Shown here one piece after another: positions 42,273 to 52,600 of a stretch of DNA of 64,000 nt. The notes under the pieces were generated by a model, which saw only the letters and a program-made list of their open reading frames with translations, was not told the origin of the DNA and did no database searches. The stretch comes from Cyanobacteria bacterium P01_D01_bin.156 (GTDB lineage Bacteria; Cyanobacteriota; Cyanobacteriia; Phormidesmidales; Phormidesmidaceae). The first letter of the stretch is position 1. Each line of letters opens with the position of its first letter. The position numbers and the translations under genes are program-made. The stretch covers positions 32,001-96,000 of the forward strand of contig JBCCQQ010000008.1 of assembly GCA_039024555.1 (NCBI GenBank), in the 5' to 3' direction.

Positions 42273-45200
42273 GTCAGTTTTATCAACAGCTTTCTAAACT
42301 TACGCCGGAACAGCGCGCCCTATTTGAGAAAAAACTAGCCGAAAAAGGTCTGCAGGCTCCCAAAGTAGGCACAATCCCCCAGCGTTCTCCTGGACAGCCC
42401 ATACCGCTGTCCTTTGCCCAGCAACGCCTATGGTTTGTACAACAACTTGATCCAGAAAACACGGCTTACAATGTAGCAAGTGTATTTAAGCTACAGGGAT
42501 CATTAGATTTCCTTGCTTTAGAAAAGAGTTTGAATACCCTGGTAGAGCGCCATGAAACCCTGCGTACTCGCTTTGTTAGCAATCGTGAAAATCAGCCAAA
42601 GCAGGTCATTGATTCACCCAGTTTTCGACCTCTTGAGAGAGTAGACCTAACGGCCTCTGAGTATCCTAAAGATTCAGCCCATAGGAAGATTCAGGAGATT
42701 ACTCAAACACCCTTTGACCTGACTCAATCTATTTTGCGAACAGCACTGCTGAAGCTAGAAGAAGAGATTCATCTGCTGGTACTGACTACCCACCACATTG
42801 TTAGCGACCGCTGGTCGGTGATGGTATTCCTGAGGGAAATGACCATTCTTTATCGGGCATTTTCCCAAGGGATGGGGTCTCCCCTGCCCCCTTTGCTCGT
42901 GCAGTATGCAGACTGGGCCATCTGGCAGCGGCAGCAGCTCCAGGGTGACAAACTACAGCAGCAGCTCCACTACTGGACCACACAGCTAGACGGAGAGCTG
43001 CCGGTGCTGGACCTGCCCAGGGATAGGGGCTATGGCGCTGTTGCCACATACCGGGGAGCTCAGGTGCCGATTCAGATTACTCCTGATTGTTCTGAACAGC
43101 TAAAATCCTTAGCCAGCAGGCATCAGGTTACTCTGTTTACGCTGTTGCTAACCACCTTTAAGGTGCTGCTCCATCGTTACACTAACAGCGATGATATTGT
43201 GGTAGGCAGCGATATTGCCAATCGAGATCGCACCGAAACTGAAGGGTTGATCGGTCTACTGGTCAATACCCTAGTATTTCGCAGTGATTTATCCAACAAT
43301 CCCAGATTTAGCGATCTGCTCAACCAAGTGCGTGAGACTGTTGTAAATGGTCTCGCACACCAGGATTTACCCTTTGAGAAACTGGTAGAAGCCATCAACC
43401 CCGAGCGTCATCTAAGCCAGATGATGCCCCTGTTCCAGGTAAAACTGGACCTGCAACAGGTGAATGTCAAACCCATGGAGTTGGATGGCCTCACTCTTGA
43501 GCGTTATCCTCTACAAGATAATCAGGCCAAATACGAACTTCGGTTTAACCTCCAAGATACGGAACAGGGAATTAGCGGACAGGTGGAGTATAACTGCGAC
43601 TTATTTGATGCAGACACCATTGTTCGAATGGTAGGGCACTGGCAAATATTGTTGGAAGGAATTGTTGCAGATGTCCATCAACGACTCTCACAGCTGCCAT
43701 TACTGAAAGAACAAGAAAAGAATACTCTCCTAATCAACTGGAACCAAACCCAGCAGGACTATCCCACCGATAGCTGCATTCATGAGCTGTTTGAAAAGCA
43801 GGTAGAGAAAAGCCCCGACGCCGTTGCAGTGGATGATGGGGATATTTCCCTCACCTATGCAGAGCTAAATGTAGAGGCGAATCGGTTGGCTTGGCATTTG
43901 CGATCGCAGCAGGTCGCCCCAGAAACTCGAATCGGCATCTGCATGGATCGCTCCTGGCATATGGTGGTGGGCCTGTTGGCGATTTTGAAAGCGGGGGGAA
44001 CGTATGTTCCATTGGATCCAGCTTATCCGAAAGAGCGGCTAGAATTGATTGTCCAAGACGCTGAGATTCCCTTACTGCTTACCCAGAAAGGAACGTTTGA
44101 AACCGATCAGGCTGTTCAAGTAATTGATCTTGAAAAACTGTCCGAGAACGAAGAGATTTCCAGGGAAGATGCTATCGGTGCTCCAGGCCCCCAAACCCCC
44201 AATGCTGGGGGCTTTGAATCTTATCCCAAAGAAAATTTAGATATCAACGTTACTTCGAATCATCTTGCCTACGTTATTTACACCTCCGGGTCCACCGGTC
44301 GCCCCAAAGGCGTAGCTATCGAGCACCGTAGCACCGTAGCTATGCTTCACTGGGCTCAGGAACAATTTACCACCGAAGAGATTTCAGGAGTGCTAGCCGC
44401 AACATCTGTTTGTTTTGATCTCTCAGTCTTTGAACTCTTTGTGCCCCTAAGCTGGGGTGGTCGAGTTGTTCTGGTGGAGAATGCCCTGACTTTGCCGAAG
44501 CTACCCGACAAGGCAAATGTTAGCCTAATCAACACAGTTCCCAGCGTTCTCAATCAGCTACTAAAGCTCAGCCCGCTGCCCAATTCTATTCGAGTTGTCA
44601 ACCTTGCAGGCGAAGCACTACCCGTCACTCTGGTACAGCAGCTACAGACAATTTCTCATGTTCAAAAAATCTACAATCTCTACGGTCCCTCGGAAGACAC
44701 CACCTACTCCACATGTGCTCCGCTGCATACTGGAACAGTTGAGCGCGTCCCCATAGGCAAACCCATCACCAACACCCAAGCTTACGTGCTGGACCGCTAT
44801 CAACAGCCAGTACCAGTGGGCGTTGTGGGAGAACTCTATTTGGGCGGTGCTGGACTAGCACGGGGCTATTTGAACCGACCAGAACTAACAACAGAGAAGT
44901 TTGTTGAGAATCCGTTGGCGGACTTTCCCTTCCGACTTCCGACTTCCGACTTCCGACTTTATAGAACTGGAGACCGCGTCCGCTACCTCCCTGACGGTTC
45001 TCTCGAATTTCTGGGTCGCTTCGATCACCAGGTGAAGATTCGCGGCTTTCGGATTGAAATTGGGGAAGTGGAAACAGCATTGCGAAAGCATCCAGCGGTT
45101 CAGGATGTAGTGGTCACCGTTTATGGGGAACAGGAAAAGACGCTAGTAGCCTATGTGGTACCGAAGGAAGCTGCAGAGGATAGTGATTCTCTTACTAAGA

Positions 45201-48200
45201 AACTGCGCAGTGACTTGCTAGCAACGCTGCCCGACTATTTGGTGCCAACGCTATGGGTACAGATGGAAGCTCTGCCCCAGTTACCCAATGGCAAGGTTAA
45301 TCGTCGAGCATTACCCCGGCCAGAAGTCCAATCCCGTGGCATCTATGTTGCTCCTAGATCCTCCCTTGAGAAAACGCTGGCCACAATCTGGGGTGATGTG
45401 CTTCAGCAAGCAACCGTTGGCATCCACGACAACTTCTTTGAGCTGGGCGGCCATTCCCTATTAGGTATTCAGATTGTTGCCCAGGCAGAAGCCGCCCTTG
45501 GGTACAGTATTCCTCTGCGCACCCTGTTTCAGGCACCGACCATTGCTGGCTTTGCCGCTCTGCTTGAAACGGATAATACCTCCACAGAAGCAGTAGAACA
45601 GTTTCCTAACATTAACGCCGACTTACCCCAGCGCCATCAGCCATTTCCTCTCACTGATATTCAACAGGCCTACTGGCTGGGCCGGGTACAGGCATTTGAA
45701 CTCGGCAATATTGGCACCCACGGCTACCGAGAATTTGATATATCAGGGCTGTCTATGGTCCAGGTAGAACAGGCACTTAACAGACTAATTGAGCGCCACG
45801 ATATGTTGAGGGCGGTGGTGAATTCCGAAGGGCAGCAACAGATTTTAGCAGAGGTGCCCCATTACAGCATCGCAGTCACCGATTTGCGAGCAAATACCGC
45901 CGTACATAAGGATGCCCGGTTGACTGAGCTACGCGATCGCATGTCCCACCAGGTCTTCACCCCAGACCAGTGGCCCCTATTTCAAATAGAAGCTGCCCAG
46001 CTAGAGGATAATAAAGTTAGATTTTACGTCAGTTTTGACGTGCTAATCGGCGATGCCTGGAGCTTTCAACTGTTGGGTAGAGAAATGGCCCAGCTAATCC
46101 GTGGCGAAAGTCTTACCCCGCTCTCCATCAGCTTCCGCGACTATGTCCTTGCGGAACAAGCCTTTCGTCAGACTAGTGCTTACGAAAAGGCCATGGACTA
46201 TTGGCAACAAAAACTGCCAAAGATTCCCCCTGCGCCTGATTTGCCTTTGACCATGGCTCCTAGTCAGGTGGATTCCCCCAAATTTGAGCGACGAAGCGGT
46301 CGTCTGGAACCAGAACTATGGCAACGGCTTAAGCAAAAGGCCCACGCAGCTAACTTGACACCGTCGGGGTTGGTACTAGCCGCCTTTGCCGAGATTCTTA
46401 CCATTTGGAGCCGTCAGCCTCAGTTCACCCTAAATCTGACTCTGTTTAATCGACAGCCGGTGCATCCAGACGTGAATTATCTAGTGGGAGACTTTACGGC
46501 TTCTCTACTATTGGCCGTTGATAATGGCGGCAGCGACACCTTTACTACCCGCGCCCAGCGATTACAGACTCAGCTATGGAACGACCTAGATAATCGCGCT
46601 GTCAGCGGTGTGCAGGTGCTACGGGAATTAGCACGACAGCAAAACCGTAGCCCCGGTGCATTAATGCCAGTAGTCTTCACCAGCACCCTAAGTCAGGCGA
46701 TTCCAGCTACAGCATCTAGGGACTGGCAAACCGAAACAGTCTACAGCGTTAGTCAAACCTCCCAGGTATATCTGGACCATCAGGTTTCCGAAATAGCAGG
46801 TGCACTGGTCTTTAACTGGGATGCGATCTCATCCTTGTTCCCTGCAGGGATGCTGGACCAAATGTTTGCGGCCTATGACCAGTTGTTAAATCAACTAGCT
46901 ACAGACAACTGGCAGACTTTACCTCGTCTGGCTCCCGCCGATTATCTTTTAGAGATTAATCAGACTAGCAAAGTACTCACCAAAGAACAGCATCTGCTAC
47001 ACACCCTGTTCTTTGAGCGGGTACAACAGCAGCCTGATCATCCGGCGGTCATTACCCCCGAGCGAACGCTCACATACAAGGAGCTGGCCCAGCAGGTACA
47101 TGCCCTATCCCATCGGCTAGAGACCAGCCCCAATCAGCTGGTGGCCGTTTCTATGGCAAAAGGCTGGCAGCAGGTGGTAGCGGTGCTGGCTATTCTCACA
47201 GCAGGCGCAGCCTATGTCCCTATTGATCCCACACTTCCTCAGGAACGCCGCTGGCAGCTACTCGGGGATACTGCCGCCGAGATTGTTCTAACGGTTGAAC
47301 CTGGCGGCTGGCCCGAACACGTTCAGCAGTTAACCGTTAACTTTGTCGATCTTGTTTTTGACAACATCGCCTGGGAACCACTTCAGAGAGAAACCGATCT
47401 GGCCTACGTTATCTACACCTCTGGCTCTACAGGCACTCCAAAGGGAGTGATGATAGACCATCGGGGCGCAGTCAATACTATTTTGGATATTAATCAGCGG
47501 TTTGAAGTAGGAGAAGACGACCGTATCTTCGCCCTCTCTTCCCTGAGCTTTGACCTATCGGTATATGACATCTTTGGCACCTTAGCAGCTGGGGCAACAA
47601 TGGTCATCCCCGACGCTGATCAAGTAAAAAACACAGTCCACTGGCGACAGCTATTAATCGAGCATCAGGTCACCATTTGGAACTCAGTCCCAGCACTGAT
47701 GCAACTGCTGTTATCCGAATTGAATAACGGAGAGAATACCGCTACACATATACGGTTAGCACTCCTCAGCGGCGACTGGATTCCCCTCACCTTGCCAGAC
47801 CAGTTCAAGCAGCGGTGCCCCAAAGCAGATCTAATCAGCCTGGGGGGCGCCACCGAAGCCTCCATCTGGTCAATATTCTACCCAATTGATACGGTAGACC
47901 CTAGCTGGTCCAGCATTCCCTATGGTCGCCCCCTAGCCAACCAGCAGTGGTATGTGCTGGATGAGAACTTACAGCCCTGCCCCCCTTGGGTTCCCGGCCA
48001 TTTATATATCAGCGGCATTGGTCTTGCAAAAGGCTACTGGAATCAACCTGAATTGACTGCAGAAAGATTTATTGAAAGTCCCTTCGAGAAAGCAGGTGAG
48101 CAGTCTTCATCCCTTCCCACCCTCACTCCTTCACTCCATCTACCTTCCGAATTTCGAATTCCAAATTCCGAATTCCGCCTTTATAAAACCGGCGACCTCG

Positions 48201-49636
48201 GCCGCTACCTTTCCGATGGTAATCTCGAATTTCTCGGTCGCGAAGACTTCCAGGTAAAGAGCAACGGCTATCGCATCGAGCTGGGAGAGATTGAAACGGC
48301 GCTGCAGCAGTATACAGCCATCGAATCAGCGGTGGTGAATGCAGTAGGGACACCGCCGGAGCTGGTGGCCTATGTGGTGCCTAAGGTGGGTAATGCGCTC
48401 AACCAGCCCCTGGCTAAGCTGGAGTTTAAACAACAGCAGTTGGGGATTCGTGCGATCGCACACTCCGAAGAAACTGTCGAACTGCCCCTACCCGAAAGCC
48501 ACACATCAGAGGACCTTCTCCGCCGCCAAAGCCATCGGCAGTTTCTAGAACAGCCTGTCACCCTAGCCAGATTTAGTCAGTTTTTATCGGCCCTCAAATC
48601 CCAATCCTTCCCAACAGCGCCGTTACCAAAATATCGCTATGCGTCCGCCGGGAGTCTCTACCCAATTCAAACCTATGTGCATGTTAAAGAAAATCGTATC
48701 GCTGGTCTGGTAGCTGGTTGGTATTACTATCATCCAGCAGAGCATCATTTGGTAAGACTGGCGGAATCGCCCAGTTCATCAAATCTATACGGTCCTCACC
48801 AACAGCTCCATGACGACAGTGCCTTTAGCCTATTTCTGGTGGCTCAGATGGAAGCTATTGAACCTGTTTACGGCGATAAAGCTCGAGATTTTTGTCTAAT
48901 TGAAACGGGCTATATGGGTCAGCTGTTAATGGAAAAAGCCCCTGATTTTGACCTGGGGTTATGTCCCATCGGTGGCTTTAATAGTGATGCATTGCGAGAG
49001 ATTTTAGACCTTAGCGAGCACTACCAGCCCCTCCATGCCCTGGTAGGCGGAGCCATTGATACTCAGTGGTCTCAGCAGTGGATGGTCAACGCTCCCCGCA
49101 GCGTATCCATTACAGATACCTTACGTAAGCACCTTAGCAATACGCTACCTAGCTATATGGTGCCTACCCGCTATCAAATTTTAGAGAAAATCCCACTGAC
49201 CCCCAATGGCAAAGTGGACAGACGGGCACTGCCAGTTCCTGCGTTGGGAGCCACCACTGAATATATCGCCCCGAACACTCCAACAGAGATCAAGATTGTC
49301 CAGCTGTGGCAAACGCTTTTAGAAGTGGAACAAGTGGGCATTAACGACAACTTCTTTGAAGTGGGCGGTAACTCTCTAACGGCTATGCAGCTCCTATCCA
49401 AGCTGCAGCAAACATTCTCTACAGAATTAACCATTGCCCAGCTATTTGGGTCACTTACTCCAGCTCTCCAGGCCCAGCTGGTAGATTCATCGGTTGGGGC
49501 ATCTCAACAAGAAGCGATTCAACCTGCGGCCAGGGAAACAGATTTACCCGATATCACTACCCTATCGGACATAGACGTGGACGACATGCTAGCCCAGCTG
49601 CTAGCGGAGAACGATCAGCAGGAGGTGACACCATGA
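42269..49636 (+). CDS. NRPS C-A(Ala)-T-Cy-A(Cys)[Ox inserted]-T (thiazole-forming)
   Basis: C HHIVSDRWS, A code DLFNNALTYK (Ala), T GGHSL. Heterocyclisation domain FPLTDIQQAYW, DVLIGD, PVVFTS. A code DLYNLSLIWK (Cys). A nitroreductase/SagB-like oxidase (RRQSHRQF, YASAGSLYP) lies inside the A subdomain. Final T GGNSL. Confidence 0.92.
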   Translation: MSQFYQQLSKLTPEQRALFEKKLAEKGLQAPKVGTIPQRSPGQPIPLSFAQQRLWFVQQLDPENTAYNVASVFKLQGSLDFLALEKSLNTLVERHETLRTRFVSNRENQPKQVIDSPSFRPLERVDLTASEYPKDSAHRKIQEITQTPFDLTQSILRTALLKLEEEIHLLVLTTHHIVSDRWSVMVFLREMTILYRAFSQGMGSPLPPLLVQYADWAIWQRQQLQGDKLQQQLHYWTTQLDGELPVLDLPRDRGYGAVATYRGAQVPIQITPDCSEQLKSLASRHQVTLFTLLLTTFKVLLHRYTNSDDIVVGSDIANRDRTETEGLIGLLVNTLVFRSDLSNNPRFSDLLNQVRETVVNGLAHQDLPFEKLVEAINPERHLSQMMPLFQVKLDLQQVNVKPMELDGLTLERYPLQDNQAKYELRFNLQDTEQGISGQVEYNCDLFDADTIVRMVGHWQILLEGIVADVHQRLSQLPLLKEQEKNTLLINWNQTQQDYPTDSCIHELFEKQVEKSPDAVAVDDGDISLTYAELNVEANRLAWHLRSQQVAPETRIGICMDRSWHMVVGLLAILKAGGTYVPLDPAYPKERLELIVQDAEIPLLLTQKGTFETDQAVQVIDLEKLSENEEISREDAIGAPGPQTPNAGGFESYPKENLDINVTSNHLAYVIYTSGSTGRPKGVAIEHRSTVAMLHWAQEQFTTEEISGVLAATSVCFDLSVFELFVPLSWGGRVVLVENALTLPKLPDKANVSLINTVPSVLNQLLKLSPLPNSIRVVNLAGEALPVTLVQQLQTISHVQKIYNLYGPSEDTTYSTCAPLHTGTVERVPIGKPITNTQAYVLDRYQQPVPVGVVGELYLGGAGLARGYLNRPELTTEKFVENPLADFPFRLPTSDFRLYRTGDRVRYLPDGSLEFLGRFDHQVKIRGFRIEIGEVETALRKHPAVQDVVVTVYGEQEKTLVAYVVPKEAAEDSDSLTKKLRSDLLATLPDYLVPTLWVQMEALPQLPNGKVNRRALPRPEVQSRGIYVAPRSSLEKTLATIWGDVLQQATVGIHDNFFELGGHSLLGIQIVAQAEAALGYSIPLRTLFQAPTIAGFAALLETDNTSTEAVEQFPNINADLPQRHQPFPLTDIQQAYWLGRVQAFELGNIGTHGYREFDISGLSMVQVEQALNRLIERHDMLRAVVNSEGQQQILAEVPHYSIAVTDLRANTAVHKDARLTELRDRMSHQVFTPDQWPLFQIEAAQLEDNKVRFYVSFDVLIGDAWSFQLLGREMAQLIRGESLTPLSISFRDYVLAEQAFRQTSAYEKAMDYWQQKLPKIPPAPDLPLTMAPSQVDSPKFERRSGRLEPELWQRLKQKAHAANLTPSGLVLAAFAEILTIWSRQPQFTLNLTLFNRQPVHPDVNYLVGDFTASLLLAVDNGGSDTFTTRAQRLQTQLWNDLDNRAVSGVQVLRELARQQNRSPGALMPVVFTSTLSQAIPATASRDWQTETVYSVSQTSQVYLDHQVSEIAGALVFNWDAISSLFPAGMLDQMFAAYDQLLNQLATDNWQTLPRLAPADYLLEINQTSKVLTKEQHLLHTLFFERVQQQPDHPAVITPERTLTYKELAQQVHALSHRLETSPNQLVAVSMAKGWQQVVAVLAILTAGAAYVPIDPTLPQERRWQLLGDTAAEIVLTVEPGGWPEHVQQLTVNFVDLVFDNIAWEPLQRETDLAYVIYTSGSTGTPKGVMIDHRGAVNTILDINQRFEVGEDDRIFALSSLSFDLSVYDIFGTLAAGATMVIPDADQVKNTVHWRQLLIEHQVTIWNSVPALMQLLLSELNNGENTATHIRLALLSGDWIPLTLPDQFKQRCPKADLISLGGATEASIWSIFYPIDTVDPSWSSIPYGRPLANQQWYVLDENLQPCPPWVPGHLYISGIGLAKGYWNQPELTAERFIESPFEKAGEQSSSLPTLTPSLHLPSEFRIPNSEFRLYKTGDLGRYLSDGNLEFLGREDFQVKSNGYRIELGEIETALQQYTAIESAVVNAVGTPPELVAYVVPKVGNALNQPLAKLEFKQQQLGIRAIAHSEETVELPLPESHTSEDLLRRQSHRQFLEQPVTLARFSQFLSALKSQSFPTAPLPKYRYASAGSLYPIQTYVHVKENRIAGLVAGWYYYHPAEHHLVRLAESPSSSNLYGPHQQLHDDSAFSLFLVAQMEAIEPVYGDKARDFCLIETGYMGQLLMEKAPDFDLGLCPIGGFNSDALREILDLSEHYQPLHALVGGAIDTQWSQQWMVNAPRSVSITDTLRKHLSNTLPSYMVPTRYQILEKIPLTPNGKVDRRALPVPALGATTEYIAPNTPTEIKIVQLWQTLLEVEQVGINDNFFEVGGNSLTAMQLLSKLQQTFSTELTIAQLFGSLTPALQAQLVDSSVGASQQEAIQPAARETDLPDITTLSDIDVDDMLAQLLAENDQQEVTP
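44187..44212. repeat. Small palindromic element GCCCCCA-AACCCCCAATGC-TGGGGGC inside an Ala A domain
   Basis: Perfect 7-bp inverted arms at 44187-44193 and 44206-44212, within an apparent insertion (GAPGPQTPNAGGF) upstream of the A3 motif. Confidence 0.6.
44930..44957 (+). repeat. In-frame tandem repeat (TTCCGAC)x4 in an Ala A domain
   Basis: Read directly. It is the reverse complement of the GTCGGAA unit and encodes FRLPTSDFRL before YRTGD. Confidence 0.92.
48091..48179 (+). repeat. Composite degenerate repeat in the Cys A domain: AGCAGGTG-AGCAG, TCACTCC(T/A)x2, then about 5 TTCCGAA-like heptamers
   Basis: Heptamers ttccgaa tttcgaa ttccaaa ttccgaa ttccgcc at 48145-48179 encode SEFRIPNSEFRL before YKTGD. 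Confidence 0.8.
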
Positions 49637-52600
49637 GTGCAACAAATTCTCCTGACTTAAAGAATCTCTCCCCTGAGCAGAAGCGAGAACTACTCGCTAA
49701 GCTGCTGAAAAAGAAGGCGGCGAAGCAGCCCCAGCGCACTGCTCAGAAATTCCCCCTATCCTTTGCTCAGCAGCGGCTATGGTTTATCGATCAGCTTCAG
49801 ACAGGACAAGCGGTTTATACCATTCCAGCTGCCCTCAGGCTCCAGGGAAATCTAAATGTAGATATTCTCCAGCGCTGTCTTGATGAAATTGTGACTCGCC
49901 ATGAAGTGCTGCGTACGCAGTTTGTGACAGAAGCGGGGGCACCATCCCAACAAGTTCAACCTCCAACAAATGTGAACTTACCTGTGATAGTCCTGGATGG
50001 AGCGAGCGACAATTTAGAACAACAGATTCGGCCATATCTTAAAGCTTTGGTAGAACTGCCCTTTGACCTGGCCACAGGGCAACTGCTGCGCTGCCAGCTC
50101 ATACGCTTGAGTGCTACCGACCATGTATTGGCCCTAGGCGTTCACCATATTGTTGCTGATTACTGGTCACTACGGGTATTCATGAAGGAAATTGCCCTGC
50201 TGTACCAGGCATTCTCCCAAAATCAGCCGTCGCCGCTGCCTGCTCTGCCAATTCAGTATGCGGACTATGCCGTTTGGCAGCAACAAAATCAACAAACTAG
50301 CCAGTCCCAGCTTGACTACTGGCTAGAGAAACTGGCAAATCCACCATCCATACTACAGCTACCGACGGACCACCCTCGCCCGGCTGTGCAAACATTTCAC
50401 GGAGCGCGACACAGTTTTGCTTTATCAAAGCCTCTTTCAGATCAGCTATCAGCCCTAGGGCAACAGCACCAAGCAACACTGTTTATAACGCTCCTAGCAG
50501 CCTTTAAGGTGCTGCTATATCGCTACTCTGGCCAAGGTGATATTTTGGTTGGGTCTACGGTTACAAACCGCGATCGCACCGAGCTACAAAATCTAATCGG
50601 ACTATTCGTCAACAACTTAGTATTCCGTAGCCAGATAGATGCTCAGCTCACGTTCAAACAGCTCTTAGACCAGGTAAAGAGAACTGCCCTAGATGCTTAT
50701 GCTCACCAGGAGGTCAGCTTTGAGCAGGTGGTAGATGCTCTACAAGTAGAGCGGCAGCTTAGCCGCAATGCGCTATTCCAGGTGATGTTTATTCTCCACA
50801 ACACCCCCAAGGCATCGGTCTCTTTGCCAGAGCTAAACGTAAGCGCTCTGGAATTTACAAACAACGCCTCCCGGTTTGACCTAAGCTTGGACATTTACGA
50901 AACCGAGGCAAGATTGACCGGTGTATTTGAGTACAACACCGATCTGTTTGACGCCGATACTATCACCCGGCTGGCCGTCCATTTTGAAACATTGCTAGAG
51001 GGGATTGTTGCTGCACCCAACACAACTGTTGGGCATTTACCCCTGTTGCCACCATCGGAGCTAGAAACCCTGGCTAGTTGGAATCAGACAAAAATAGCTA
51101 TTCCAGAGGTATGTGCCCACAAACTGGTTGAAGCGCAGGCGGCAAGAACACCGGACGCGTCTGCCCTTACCGTCGACAACAAATTGCCGGAGCGTATTGC
51201 ATCCCAGTTTGTGGCCCCAGAGAAACTCTGGACCTACCAGCAACTAAACCAGAGCGCCAACCGGGTAGCTCGTTTCCTTAAGACCCAGGGCGCAGTTCCT
51301 GGCAGCCGCATTGCCCTAGCTTTTAACCGCTCCGCTGAACTGGTAATTACCCTGCTGGCAGTTCTGAAGCTAGGGGGCACCTACATACCCCTCGATCCCA
51401 CCCATCCCACCGAACGGCTGCGGCATATTCTCCAGGATGCACATGTGGCAATGGTGCTAACCGCAGATAAGGCTTTTGCTGAGGACAGCCTACCTTCAGA
51501 AACTAAGCTGTTGGATCTTAAACAACATACAGAACTAATCGAACAGCAGTCTTTTGAGAATCTTGGCAACACTACCACAGCAGAAGATTTAGCCTACATC
51601 ATCTACACCAGTGGCAGTACCGGCAAACCGAAAGGAGTGCCTATCCGTCACCGTAGCCTGGTCAACCTACTTAGCTCCATGGCTAAGTCCCCCGGCATCA
51701 CCGCAGACGATGCCCTTTTAGCCGTGACCACCGTCGCCTTTGACATTGCCACTCTGGAGTTGTTACTACCCCTAACCGTAGGTGCCCGCTTGGCCATTGC
51801 CAGCCCCGATACCGTATGTGATGCAAGTCGGCTAATGTCTCAAATTGCCAACGATGGAATCACCATTATGCAGACCACCCCAGCAACCTGGCGATTATTA
51901 CTGGACTCTGGCTGGAAAGGAAAAGAAACTCTCAAAATTCTCTGCGGCGGCGAAGCCCTAGATCCTGGATTAGCTCAGCAGCTTCTCCCCTGCAGCAGTG
52001 AGTTATGGAATATGTACGGTCCCACTGAAACCACCATCTGGTCAGGAGCCTTACACATTACTGAAGAAAAGCTTACAGGGCAAACTGTTCCCATCGGCGG
52101 AGCCATCGACAACACCCAGTTTTACATTCTCGATGCCCAGCATCAACCCGTTCCCATAGGCGTTTCCGGAGAGCTTTGCATCGGTGGCGCAGGATTAAGC
52201 CCTGGGTATTTAAATCGTGATGAACTAACGGCGGAAAAGTTTGTTCTTAATCACTTTTCAGGGGAGCAGGGGAGCAGGGAAGCAGAGGAGCGGAGGAATG
52301 ACTTCCGACTTCCGACTTCCGACTTCCGACTTTATAAAACCGGCGATCTCGCCCGCTACCGCCCCAACGGCACCCTCGAATACCTGGGCCGTCTGGATCA
52401 CCAAATCAAGCTGCGAGGTTTCCGCATTGAGTTGGGAGATATTGAAACCGCTCTTACCCAGCATAAAGATATTGATCAGGCCTTCGTGGTTCTCTGGAAG
52501 AACTCGTCTGATGATCCTCAGCTAGTAGCCTACTGCAAGGTTTGGTCTACAGCCATTGCAAAAGACCCTCAGACCATCCGCCAGCATCTCAGTGAACAGC

